A stretch of DNA of 64,000 nucleotides from Macrostomum lignano (taxonomy: Eukaryota), in NCBI GenBank assembly GCA_002269645.1, contig NIVC01000985.1:124001-188000 (forward strand), in the 5' to 3' direction. A program made the position numbers and the translations under genes. Positions 48,761 to 60,760 of the stretch are shown piece after piece (within the stretch, counting starts at the first letter, position 1; every line of letters starts with the position of its first letter). Under the pieces are notes generated by a model. The model did no database searches. It was given only the letters and a program-made list of their open reading frames with translations, and had not been told where the DNA came from.

Positions 48761-49744
48761 GGAATCTCGGTTTGGCTCTGCTCGTGCAATTAACGGCCTT
48801 GATGGCCAACCCCCCAAGGCGCAGTGAAGTGTACATGCCTAACGATAATATAAAGTTAGGGCCGCTGTACACTCCTGTGTGAGTGTGTGCCTGCGTACGT
48901 ATCCGCGCGCTTGTATGCCTGCTCAGGGGAGTCGGCGGAATGGGCAGTAATGCCTCTCGCCGGTTGTGTGCCTATGTCGCTTAAAGTGCGCCAGGGTGCA
49001 CACAACCCCCCTGCCTCTGAAAAAAAAGTCAAAGAGACTCAGTTACACCTGAGCTTCTCAAACAATCAGGGGAGCTCTCTGATTTGCCATGGTCATACTC
49101 AGTTTAACACGGTTTGATACCCAGCTTTCACGGGCAGCTAAAGAAGTACACCTGTTAAAGGTGACAAGCATAGACAAAAACTACGGGACCTTTTACTCCT
49201 CCTCTGGGGTCTTAAAGCTCAACTTTAAGTTTCAAGATTTACTAGCATACGTCTCCTATCCCTGCACAGTTGACTTTTTAACTATCTGCGACCTATAGTC
49301 CCTGGTAAGACAGCTTGTATTTGCTTTAGAGCTGGCTAATCATGCTCAAAGTTCTCTCGCTTTTGGCAAATTCCAAGTTAAAATGGTATAATAAAATCCA
49401 TAGCTGAGCTTGGATGTCCGGCTGTAGCCCATAGATTGCGCGATTATGTTGCTTTCAGCACTTCCGGATTGCTGGTCCAGAAACTGTGGGCGCGACTTTG
49501 GAACCTTTCTAAGCCTATGAGGTTTTAAAGTAAGACTTTTGCGCTGCCGAGATAGTAGCATGATTGAAATCATTCTTAAATTAGGAGATTTTCTACAACT
49601 CTGGCCTATCTGCTGGGTCTGGAAAGCATTCAGAATTTACAGCTGTTTCTCTGAGATGAAATAAGATCAATTGATGTTTAATCAAAGAAAATATCAGTTT
49701 TGAAAATTTCTTTCCAAAACCTACAATGAAAGTGAATATGAGAT

Positions 49745-50090
49745 TGAAGTGAGATAAGATGAAATGAGATGAGATAAGATGAGATGAGATGAGGTAAGGT
49801 GAGATGAGGTGAGATAAGATGAGATGAGATAGATGAGATAAAATGAGATAAGATGAGATGAAATGAGATAAGATGAGATGAGGTGAGGTGAGATGAGATG
49901 AGGTGAGGTGAGATGACGTGAGATGAGGTGAGATGAGGTTGGATGAGGTGAGATTAGGTGAGGTGAGGTGAGATGAGGTGAGGTGAGATGACGTGAGATG
50001 AGGTGAGATGAGGTTGGATGAGGTGAGATTAGGTGAGGTGAGGTGAGGTGAGGTGAGATGAGGTGAGATGAGGTGAGATGGGATGAGAGG
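49745..50090. repeat. (GAGAT/GAGGT)n pentamer microsatellite
   Basis: Direct inspection. It ends about 57 nt before the acceptor at 50147. Confidence 0.93.
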
Positions 50091-50147
50091 AGGCGATTAA
50101 AAGTGATGAGCAAAGTTCAAGCGCACTCCGCACCGTGTCTGCCACAG

Positions 50148-50672
50148 GATGACAGCAGCGATGGCAAAGACGACGAGCCCAATGGAGACGAAGGCGCTGC
50201 TCCGGTCGCGACCTCGATGGTCGCCTCCGCAACCGCTGCGGCTACGGCAGCTGCCACCGCCGCCATCGACAGAAACTCGCCAGCTGCTGAAACCGCGGCG
50301 GCGACGTCGACAGCAAAGGACGCAGGCGGAGCTGCTCCAGCTGATGCCGACGGCACCAACTATCAGGAGCGACGCCGCATGCTTGAGCAGCATTCTCGAC
50401 AGAGGCAGAAAATCTCGTTGAGCAGGGAGCGACGCGCTCTCAGAACCCTCGGCATCATCATGGGCATCTTCATGCTATGCTGGCTGCCATTCTTCGTTGT
50501 GTACCTCGGCGAAGCTGCCGACTATCAGACACGCAAAGGCGTCTACAGTTTATTCGTTTGGCTGGGCTATTTGAACTCAGCAATCAATCCCATTATTTAC
50601 ACCATCTTCAATGTGGACTTTCGGAAAGCTTTCGCTAACCTGTTGCACCTGAGGGGCTTTTGCTTTGCCTAA
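50148..50672 (+). CDS. Oct-TyrR: Tyramine/octopamine receptor, last exon (ICL3, TM6, TM7)
   Basis: Acceptor GCCACAG|GAT, phase 0, compatible with the exon 1 donor. QKISLSRERRALRTLGIIMGIFMLCWLPFF and WLGYLNSAINPIIYTIFNVDFRKAF are characteristic of invertebrate TAR1-type receptors. TAA at 50670-50672. Confidence 0.9.
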   Translation, partial: DDSSDGKDDEPNGDEGAAPVATSMVASATAAATAAATAAIDRNSPAAETAAATSTAKDAGGAAPADADGTNYQERRRMLEQHSRQRQKISLSRERRALRTLGIIMGIFMLCWLPFFVVYLGEAADYQTRKGVYSLFVWLGYLNSAINPIIYTIFNVDFRKAFANLLHLRGFCFA

Positions 50673-51689
50673 CTGTACTGGTGAATCGGGGGCCTGAGGC
50701 GGAGTCTGGCAACAGATACCCTGACAAGTTCAAAAGTGCATAACAGGGTTCGTGCCCTCTGCCCTCATCTATACTCAACTCTTTTTCTCACAGAGCAATG
50801 AACTCAACTGCCAGGCCTCCAGTTCTTCAAGTCTAGGTAATTAATAATTCATGAGTTCGCGCTGGACCCGCAGCTAGCTAATTACATAATTAACCCGGAG
50901 CCTGGAGTCTTCAATGCCAGGATTTAGTGGACCGCGAGGAGCCCGGCTTAGTGAGTGCTGGTGGCAATAGAGACGAGGGGATTTCGGTGATATATATGTG
51001 TGGGCCACATCGACCCGAACACTTCCCCGCTCTCCGAGTCTGTCCTTCATCTCCTCGTCACGTGCACCAAAAAACACCAGCCGTTTCTAGTTGCGAACTT
51101 CTCAATTCAATGGAACAAATTTGCAACGCGCCTATGCATGTATCTTAGCTCGTAATTCGCGTACTATTTAGGCTCTGTCCCCACCGTGTGGTTAGAAGTA
51201 GCTCGCGTACTTCTGATAGATACTATGCTATACCCGCCTCCTTATCATTTATATTGATGATTACCTGCCTGTCGCATATTGACCACGGTAGATAGATTAT
51301 TTGAAAAAACCTTTCTTTGTCACTATATACACAGATATCTGACGAATGTACTTTTCAAAGACGAAAGTAAAGTACTTTGCTTCTCGGTGTCTTTTTCATC
51401 GGATTAAAAAAATTGCGAACCGATAAAACTGGGAAGAGACTCTAACATGAATTCGCGTGTCGCTTCTTGGAAAGCGAAGGGACCCTATGGTCCATATTAT
51501 AGAAATGTATACTCGTAGAAAAGGATGGGGTTGGGCCATAGACATCCGGCAACTTTCTCACCGAAAATAACAGATACAAGCCAGCTCCAAATTTTTTTAT
51601 CTAAACAGGCAGATTAACTGTTTTAAGAGCACATTTAGCTGTAATACGAGGGTAGTTAAGACAATAAAAATGATTAAGACAGCAAGCCC

Positions 51690-52040
51690 TTGACAGGGGT
51701 TCCCCTAAATCAGGATTCCCTCAAACTAGGCTTCCGTCAATTAAGGACTCCCCTAACTAAAGGTTTCACTAATTAAGGATTCCCTCAACTCAGGATCCTT
51801 TTAATTAAGGATTTCCTTAAATCAGGACTCCCATAATTAAGGATTCCCCCAAGCAGGATTCCCCCAAAACAGGATTCTCCTAATGCTCAAAAAGGGGTTC
51901 ATCCCTGGAGATTCCCTTAAATTTTGAAGGATTTAAAAAAACAGGATTCTTACAATTCAAGATTCTCCCAAACCAGGATTCTCGTAATTCAGGATTAGCA
52001 GCTAAGCCAGAGTTTTCTGCATCTGGATTACCCTACATTG
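51690..52040. repeat. Degenerate AGGATTCCCC-type low-complexity repeat
   Basis: Recurrent (C/A)AGGA(T/C)TC(C/T) motifs at short irregular spacing. Confidence 0.6.
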
Positions 52041-53499
52041 GAGTTCCTAGAAAGAAAGATACTTTTTTTAAGCCCAGCAACTGCCCAGCTTGGCCTCCCA
52101 TCAGGCAGGTCGGTGCTTGACAAAATCGGAGTCCATAAAACTTACCTTAGTTTGAGTTTGATAACACCTAGGCGCTGTCTGGGCTCATAAATCATTCTGA
52201 TCCTACAGACAGCGCGAATCTTGCATATACAGCTTTTCCTTATCAATACCCTGTGCCAGTAGTGACTAAGCCCTTTCATTTCGATCCCGATACTAAGCTA
52301 TTGTTTTATCACTCTGCTCTGCTTGACCTGAACTGACTCAAGCTGAGCTTCGTGACTCGCCTTTCATCATTTTACCTGCTGGATGCGCTACGAGAACAAA
52401 AATGGAAAAAAGGTATAAAAAACGCTTTGCTGCCGCAGACGATTCAAAAGCAGGGACGGGTGGTTACAAAAAATTATGCTTCTGAAATTTTAAATTCAGA
52501 GTTGACAGTGGGAAAAGGGACTCAGTTCAATCAAGCCATTCAAAGTTATATCAGTCAGAAACTATCCATCTACTTCTTTGCGCTAATGCAGAAAATGCTA
52601 TTCAAGGGGGTACCAGTTGAATTGGACAACAATCGAGTCACAAGCGCGGCGCTGTGCCGCCCGTGCCAGCCTGGCCCGTGCAAGCGACCTGTTGCCAGCA
52701 GCTAAAAAGCTGATAGAGTTTGGTGGGCTGTCCAAAAAGGGGACGGTACCTACTTGGCCACTCCACCTGTCCGGGCAGTAGGCCAAAATAAGCTTCACGT
52801 CTGGCGTGACACCAGAAGTTCTCGCCTTAGGAATTATATTGGGTTACAAGATGTTCCGCAGTACTACAGCCGACAGACGAGCCGAGTGACCCAAGTTCGA
52901 CCGAGGCTACTGAATGGGTCGCCAGCGCCGGAGCCCAGAATGACTTGAATTTCCGCGGAAACGTGTAGCCGGGGTCGGCTTGCGAGACAGCTTGGGAGAA
53001 GTCTGCGACTCCCAGAGGTGAAAAGAGAGTGCAGAACACCCGCAGAGTGCAAACCAGAGGGGGGCAGGCGTGAAGTACTGCATCCTGTTTAGCTACTCCA
53101 GCTGGAAGGCCACATCACCCGCGCCGAGTCGGACAGCCCTCAGCGGGTGCAGGCGTTTTCGTCGACTGTCAACATGTACGTTCGCGCCCAAACTGTCAAT
53201 TCAATTAGTTAATTTATTCTTTGAAGAATAAGCTCACTCCAGACTCAGGAAAGCCCAGCCAAATGACACTACCTTCCGTGTATTGATTATAGATTTTTCA
53301 ATGGACTATTCTCTACTGAGAATCGTCTCTGTGTATTTCACTTGTTGCCCATCTATACAGCAAGATAGTTGATAAAACTGTGTATCAACCTCAAATGCCT
53401 TGTTGGAAGTCAGTACTGAGTCTTCTCAATCTTGTCATTATTAACGTTAGGCACGCACACGCTCACACTGGGTGTACAGCGTCCTTGACTTTCTAATCG

Positions 53500-53935
53500 T
53501 CAGGCATGTACACTCTCTCAGGCATGTACACTCTCTCAGGCATGTACACTCTCTCAGGCATGTACACTCTCTCAGGCATGTACACTCTCTCAGGCATGTA
53601 CACTCTCTCAGGCATGTACACTCTCTCAGGCATGTACACTCTCTCAGGCATGTACACTCTCTCAGGCATGTACACTCTCTCAGGCATTTACACTCTCTCA
53701 GGCATGTACACTCTCTCAGGCATGTACACTCTCTCAGGCATGTACACTCTCTCAGGCATGTACACTCTCTCAGGCATGTACACTCTCTCAGGCATGTACA
53801 CTCTCTCAGGCATGTACACTCTCTCAGGCATGTACACTCTCTCAGGCATGTACACTCTCTCAGGCATGTACACTCTCTCAGGCATGTACACTCTCTCAGG
53901 CATGTACACTCTCTCAGGCATGTACACTCTCTCTG
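53500..53935. repeat. 18-bp minisatellite
   Basis: (CAGGCATGTACACTCTCT)n. Confidence 0.97.
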
Positions 53936-53939
53936 TGCC

Positions 53940-54080
53940 TTGGGGGTTGGCTCTCATGGGTGGGAATCGCAGAACAAACCTTGGATTAATTTTAGTGCAA
54001 AAATGACTGCGATCGAGGACGGAATCGAACCAGGGACCTGTGGGGCGAGTGTCAGATGCGTTTATCGCTGAGCTGCCCTG
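53940..54080 (-). mobile_element. tRNA-derived SINE
   Basis: Minus strand GCAGCTCAGCGATAAACGCATCTGACACTCGCCCCACAGGTCCCTGGTTCGATTCCGT: A-box-like start and a perfect B box (54021-54031). Related to 1-85. Confidence 0.55.
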
Positions 54081-54459
54081 CTTCCTGCAGTGTAGGACAA
54101 TCAAGAAAATGTATTTCAATTGGATCATCTTAGATTCTTTTGGCTAAGCTTTGCTTGTTTTTCTTGTTTTTTTCTTCCAAAACTTCCAAAACTTATTCGC
54201 TTAAATTTATTACCGTATTTTTTTCTCTCCAGATCAACAGCAGCTAATTTCGTAGTCAAACGGACACAAGGAAATTGCCTGCTTTATCGAAGAAATGAGT
54301 TCCTAGAGCCGGCTGAATTGTCAATACGAGCTGTTTATTCACTTTCATCAATTTTTAAAACCGCGCAGCAACGCCTTTGACAATTTGTCTGCTTCTCGGC
54401 TGGAGCGAGTGCTTCTGTACTTTTCAAACCAGTGAAGAAAATGGAGCCGCTGACCCTCA

Positions 54460-55105
54460 CTGTCTGTCCGTCTCTCTGTCTGCCTGTCTCACTGTCTGCC
54501 TGTCTCACTGTCTGCCTGTCTCACTGTCTGCCTGTCTCACTGTCTGCCTGTCTCACTGTCTGCCTGTCTCACTGTCTGCCTGTCTCACTGTCTGCCTGTC
54601 TCACTGTCTGCCTGTCTCACTGTCTGCCTGTCTCACTGTCTGCCTGTCTCACTGTCTGCCTGTCTCACTGTCTGCCTGTCTCACTGTCTGCCTGTCTCAC
54701 TGTCTGCCTGTCTCACTGTCTGCCTGTCTCACTGTCTGCCTGTCTCACTGTCTGCCTGTCTCACTGTCTGCCTGTCTCACTGTCTGCCTGTCTCACTGTC
54801 TGCCTGTCTCACTGTCTGCCTGTCTCACTGTCTGCCTGTCTCACTGTCTGCCTGTCTCACTGTCTGCCTGTCTCACTGTCTGCCTGTCTCACTGTCTGCC
54901 TGTCTCACTGTCTGCCTGTCTCACTGTCTGCCTGTCTCACTGTCTGACCGTCTCATTGTCTCACTTTGTCCCTGTCTGCCCGTCTCATTGTCTCACTGTG
55001 TCACTGTCTGCCCGTCTCATTGTCTCACTGTGTCACTGTCTGCCCGTCTCATTGTCTCACTTTGTCACTGTCTGCCCGTCTCATTGCCTCACTGTGTCAC
55101 TGTCT
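54460..55105. repeat. 16-bp minisatellite
   Basis: (TGTCTGCCTGTCTCAC)n, degenerating at the right end. Confidence 0.97.
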
Positions 55106-55192
55106 GTTATATTTACTTTAAATTTAAATTACTTTAAATTTCATAAGAGAAAAATGGCGATGCGAGAGAAGAAATTGTTAAAATAAAACAAA

Positions 55193-55381
55193 TCAGTCCT
55201 CCAGAGCCTTCAGCGCGTCAATAATGATGTCATTAACAATATCCGGCCGCTCCACATAGTGCAGGTGGCTGGCCGAATCAACTGGGATCACCCGGGCGGA
55301 AGGGATCAGACGGAAGCGCTTGTAGGCTTCCTCGCCTGGCAGGTCATTCTCCGTGCCGTACAAGAGCACCGTGTACACTTT
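55193..55381 (-). CDS. ABHD14: ABHD14-like alpha/beta hydrolase, exon 3 (last)
   Basis: Acceptor CCATCCAG|AAA. VLLYGTEND (catalytic Asp region) and ASHLHYVERP (catalytic His; compare AGHPCYLDKP in ABHD14B). Ends in TGA. Confidence 0.88.
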   Translation of the reverse strand, partial: KVYTVLLYGTENDLPGEEAYKRFRLIPSARVIPVDSASHLHYVERPDIVNDIIIDALKALED

Positions 55382-55409
55382 CTGGATGGCGAAGGGGGTT
55401 AGAACACAA

Positions 55410-55680
55410 ACATTGGACATTTAGAACAGCGGGACATTGAGAACAGCGGGACATTGAGAACAGCGGGACATTGAGAACAGCGGGACATTGAGAACAGCGG
55501 GACATTGAGAACAGCGGGACATTGAGAACAGCGGGACATTGAGAACAGCGGGACATTGAGAACAGCGGGACATTGAGAACAGCGGGACATTGAGAACAGC
55601 GGGACATTGAGAACAGCGGGACATTGAGAACAGCGGGACATTGAGAACAGCGGGACATTGAGAACAGCGGGACATTGAGA
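55410..55680. repeat. 17-bp minisatellite A in ABHD14 intron 2
   Basis: (GGGACATTGAGAACAGC)n. Confidence 0.97.
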
Positions 55681-55689
55681 ATTTGGCAT

Positions 55690-56150
55690 TTGGGACACTG
55701 GGAATCATTGGACATTGGGGATCATCCGACACTGGGGATCATCCGACACTGGAGATCATGGGACATTGGGGATCATGGAGCATTGGGGATCATGGGACAT
55801 TGAGAATCATGGGTCATTGGGGATCATGGGACATTGGGAATCATGGGTCATTGGGGATCATGGGACATTGGGAATCGTGGGACACTGGGAATCATGGGAC
55901 ATTGGGGATCATGGGACATTGGGAATCATGGGACACTGGGAATCATGGGACATTGGGAATCGTAGGACACTGGGAATCATGGGACACTGGGAATCATGGG
56001 ACATTGGGAATCATGGGACACTGGGGATCATGGAGCATTGGGGATCATGGGTCATTGGGGATCATGGGACATTGGGAATCATGGGACATTGGGAATCATG
56101 GGACATTGGGAATCATGGGACATTGGGAATCATGGGACATTGGGAATCAT
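55690..56150. repeat. 17-bp minisatellite B in ABHD14 intron 2
   Basis: (GGGACA(T/C)TGGG(A/G)ATCAT)n. Confidence 0.95.
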
Positions 56151-56199
56151 CAAGAGTCGGGCATCGGAAGAAAACGATTTCAAAACAAGCCGCCATCAC

Positions 56200-56435
56200 C
56201 TTGAAGTGCGCGAAGTCCTCCTGCGCGTAGGCCAGCGCGTGCGATGGCGACAGTCCGATGAAGCCGGACAGCCTCGCTTGCATACTGTGCGGGTCCTCCA
56301 GCGCGTAGGCGAAGGCGAAGACCCCGGAGGTTGACGGGGCCACCAGAAGCGGCCGGTCGAGGTCCAAGTAATCCACTACGGCTTGGATGAAATCAGAGGG
56401 CGCCAGCTTCCCCAACAGCCGGGTGTGGCCTGAGC
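56200..56435 (-). CDS. ABHD14: ABHD14-like hydrolase, exon 2
   Basis: Acceptor AACTAG|GC (phase 1) and donor AAG|GTGATG. Encodes SGHT, LAPSDFIQAVVDYLDL and LVAPSTSG (nucleophile motif; compare VISPSLSG). Confidence 0.9.
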
Positions 56436-57234
56436 CTAGTTTGAGCAGAGCGAGGGTGTGCGGTTTGGGATTTAACAGTGGGGAGCTTTATTAAAAAATC
56501 CCTTAGATAAATACAGCTGGATTGGCAACATCAGTGCTAACCGCATCCAAGAGCACCGCCTTGCAGTATATAGCGAGACTACTGTTGCTATGCGTTCCAT
56601 CAGTGATCTGAGTGAACTAAGAATCATATTTTCTCCATATTTGATAGGTATTGCTTTTCTATTCGTCTTCTTCTCACATAATAATCCATTTACATTGCTG
56701 TGCTCAAAGCAATAGCTGCAGCAATCGTTTTGCTAAACAAAAGCAGGCTTGGCACCGGTTGAACGGGTAGAAAGGCACGCAAGCTAAAAGCAAAAGATTT
56801 TCCAGCTGAATAACGAGCAGAAATTCTCCCAGGGCCGAGGTGATAATTTGAAATCCATACCTGGTGGGGGGGGGTTAGTGAAATTCTGTTGGCGGGTGGG
56901 TGGGTGGCCGCACCGGACCAGATCTTGGCCAATTCATTTTCATAAATCGTCAGTCAGCTCTGACAGAGAATGCCGCGTTCCTGAATGCCCATCATGCACC
57001 AGGGGGCGGAAGCGCCCGGGAATGTCTGCGGCTAATTGACTTCCCTAATTAAGCCTGGCTCGCGGTTAGCAGGTGAGACCGGAAACCGATGGATTGTCTT
57101 TTTAAAATCGATTGATTCAATTTTCTTATGCTTTGCTTCTGCGATGTTCTGTCGTAAAAAGTTCGAATAAGGTTGGTGCCTCGATTTTTAGAGAACGATC
57201 TGGTTTATAACCGTATTTTGGTGCAGCCAGTGGC

Positions 57235-58690
57235 TACTCTACATTGGCCATATTGGCTATTGACATTGGCTATATTGGCTATTGACATTGGCTATATTGG
57301 CTATTGACATTGGCTATATTGGCTATTGACATTGGCTATATTGGCTATTGACATTGGCTACATTGGCTATTGACATTGGCTATATTGGCTACTCTACATT
57401 GGCTATATTGGCTACTCTACATTGGCTATATTGGCTACTCTACATTGGCTATATTGGCTACTCTAAATTGGCTACATTGGCTACTCTACATTGGCTACAT
57501 TGGCTGTTGACATTGGCTATATTGGCTATTGACATTGGCTATATTGGCTATTGACATTGGCTACATTGGCTATTGACATTGGCTATATTGGCTACTCTAC
57601 ATTGGCTATATTGGCTACTCTACATTGGCTATATTGGCTACTCTACATTGGCTATATTGGCTACTCTACATTGGCTACACTGGCTACTCTACATTGGATA
57701 CACTGGCTACTCTACATTGGCTACATTGGCTACTCTACATTGGCTACACTGGCTACTCTACATTGGCTACACTGGCTACTCTACATTGGATACACTGGCT
57801 ACTCTACATTGGATACACTGGCTACTCTACATTGGCTACTCTACATTGGCTACATTGGCTGTTGACATTGGCTATATTGGCTATTGACATTGGCTATATT
57901 GGCTATTGACATTGGCTACATTGGCTATTGACATTGGCTATATTGGCTACTCTACATTGGCTATATTGGCTACTCTACATTGGCTATATTGGCTACTCTA
58001 CATTGGCTATATTGGCTACTCTACATTGGCTACACTGGCTACTCTACATTGGATACACTGGCTACTCTACATTGGATACACTGGCTACTCTACATTGGCT
58101 ACATTGGCTACTCTACATTGGCTACACTGGCTACTCTACATTGGCTACACTGGCTACTCTACATTGGCTACACTGGCTACTCTACATTGGATACACTGGC
58201 TACTCTACATTGGATACACTGGCTACTCTACATTGGCTACATTGGCTACTCTACATTGGCTACATTGGCTGTTGACATTGGCTATATTGGCTATTGACAT
58301 TGGCTATATTGGCTATTGACATTGGCTACATTGGCTATTGACATTGGCTATATTGGCTACTCTACATTGGCTATATTGGCTACTCTACATTGGCTATATT
58401 GGCTACTCTACATTGGCTACACTGGCTACTCTACATTGGATACACTGGCTACTCTACATTGGATACACTGGCTACTCTACATTGGCTACATTGGCTACTC
58501 TACATTGGCTACACTGGCTACTCTACATTGGCTACACTGGCTACTCTACATTGGCGGCTTCACTGGCTACTCTACATTGGCTACATTGGCTACTCTACAT
58601 TGGATACATTGGCTACTCTAAATTTGCGGCTACACTGGCTACTCTACATTGGCTACACTGGCTACTCTACATTGGCTATATTGGCTATAA
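57235..58690. repeat. 22/23-bp minisatellite with higher-order structure, in ABHD14 intron 1
   Basis: Mix of CTCTACATTGGCTA(T/C)A(T/C)TGGCTA and TTGACATTGGCTATATTGGCTA units. Confidence 0.95.
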
Positions 58691-60032
58691 TATATTCATT
58701 TTAGTTTAGATTTTCGCGTCTATTCTTTTCAAAATTTTACCTTATAATCCTGTCCAATACACCATTGGAAATTCAAGGAATGACTAATCCGTTTTTATAG
58801 ATTTTTCTATCTCAAAATTTCCCAATTAGCAACATGACACTCAAGCAGGTGGAATGTGGATATAACTTTGAACTTTATAGTTTAATCAGCTAATTTAGTT
58901 GAACCTGAAGGTTAGTCGATAGTCGGTTAAATTCATTAAAAAATAAAATTTATATTTACACGTTACTACTAATTTGGTTGCTGTAGTAGTATGCATGGAA
59001 TATCAATCAACGGCCAGGCAATGCTTGGTAAACCAATGTTTATTTAGAAGATTGGCATATAAAGCCAGATCAGACCCCACCTACTCAATCATTTCCAGCC
59101 TGACTGCCTTAATTTCACCGCCGAAATTTCACCGCCGACAATTTCACAGACAATTTTACTTATTTTGACTGTAATTTTCATTCATATTCATTGGAATTTT
59201 TATGCATTAAAGACCTTTGGCTGATTCATTACATTTTTCCCTTGCCCCTGAACCAAAGCAGGAAAAAAGATGCGATGCTCAGAAAGGGTACAAAATTATA
59301 CTTTTACCGCACCATTTACGGCACTTCAAAATTAAAACTTTACAGTCTATTTGTACTTTGTACAATCTGTACTATTTGTAAAGTCTACAGTATAATTCTA
59401 AGGGATGGAATCTAAGGGATTTCTACCAGAAAATCTTCTGGTAGAACAGAAGATCTTGCTCAAAAAACTCTTAGAGTATAGTATAGTAGTCAGTATGCGT
59501 TTTTAATGTCACTTCCTCAAAAAGTCTCGAAAAACATAATAACAGCTAGCGTATTCACAGTTTGAAAGAATAATCACTCTCGCCGCAGAAAAATAGGGCG
59601 ATCAGATTGTTGGTCCCAAATATCCCGGTCAAATTGTGCCGGTCAAATTTTCCGGTCTCATCTGGTTGTGGGACGATGTCGCCGAAGGCTTTGCGCCAGG
59701 GTGCCCGCAGCCCTCGTGCCAATGTTTATTTATGCAAGCTTATGAAATATTATTAAGGGACTGGAAAGGTGGTGGTTGAGTAAAGCTTGAAATCCAAGAC
59801 ATTTGACTGCCCCAACTGCCACTATTCGATCACTAAAAAATTGACTGCTACAAAGCTGAACCTAACTCTAAACGTACTCGTAACATAAATCCCCAATTAT
59901 TATAGCGACAAATATTAGTGATTGAATTCCTCATTTCCGAGGAAGTGGCACCATTGGACATTCACCGTCGCTTTCTGATACTGCCGAAGACAGCATTGAG
60001 TAAGAAATTACTGACACTGGTTCAACTCTCAC

Positions 60033-60432
60033 CAGGAAGATCAATAGCGTAGGCCTTGTGCCCCGTGTCGCCCAGCACCTGCAGGGTGCCGATCTTCTCC
60101 CACATCATGGCTGACTGTTCGTGTCCGTGCAGCAGCAGCACCGAGGGCACCTTGGCTTGGATGTGCTTTCTAGGTTCCACGGCCACTAGGCTTAAGCGCA
60201 GTGGTACGTCATTGTGCTTAATCGAAGCATTCACCTGGCGCATGGTGTACAGCTCCGTGCTGATGAGCACGCTAGATTCGTCTCGCTGACTGCCCGGCGC
60301 CACCGGCTTTGACTTTTTGAGCCCCTCCGACACAACTGGCGTTCGAGTTGATCGCCTACTCAAGCCGAAGTACAACAGCAGGAGAACGGCTACCGTGAGC
60401 AGGGCCGCTAGCAGCCTCTGTTCTTGTCGCAT
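60033..60432 (-). CDS. ABHD14: ABHD14-like hydrolase, exon 1, with an N-terminal hydrophobic anchor (ABHD14A-like)
   Basis: LLAALLTVAVLLLLYFGL anchor, then VLLLHG, WEKIGTLQVL and AYAIDLPG. Donor G|GTGAGA. The three exons sum to 825 nt, giving 274 aa plus stop. Confidence 0.9.
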
Positions 60433-60474
60433 TGCCTGCTGATTGTAATATAATGCTGTAAGATATCCGTGGAT

Positions 60475-60760
60475 ATCTGTGCCTCCAATGCTTTCTCTGT
60501 GGATATTTGTGATTACAATGCTTTCTCTGTGGATATTTGTGGTTACAATGCCCTCTCCGTTGATATTTGTGGCTACAATGCTTTCTCTGTGGATATCTGT
60601 GGCTGCAATGCTTTCTCTGTGGATACTTGTGGCTAAAATGCTTTCTCTGTGGATATTTGTGGCTACAATGCTTTCTCTGTGGATATTTGTGGTTACAATG
60701 CTTTCTCTGTGGATATTTGTGGTTACAATGCTTTCTCTGTGGATATTTGTGGCTATCAGT
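60475..60760. repeat. 30-bp minisatellite just upstream of ABHD14
   Basis: Tandem ATGCTTTCTCTGTGGATATTTGTGG(C/T)TACA. Confidence 0.95.

Noticed and set aside
3088-50421. Antisense and alternative-frame ORFs overlapping ELP2, SAMD1-like and both GPCRs
   Set aside because: These are shadow ORFs expected from GC-rich coding sequence and contain no family motifs.
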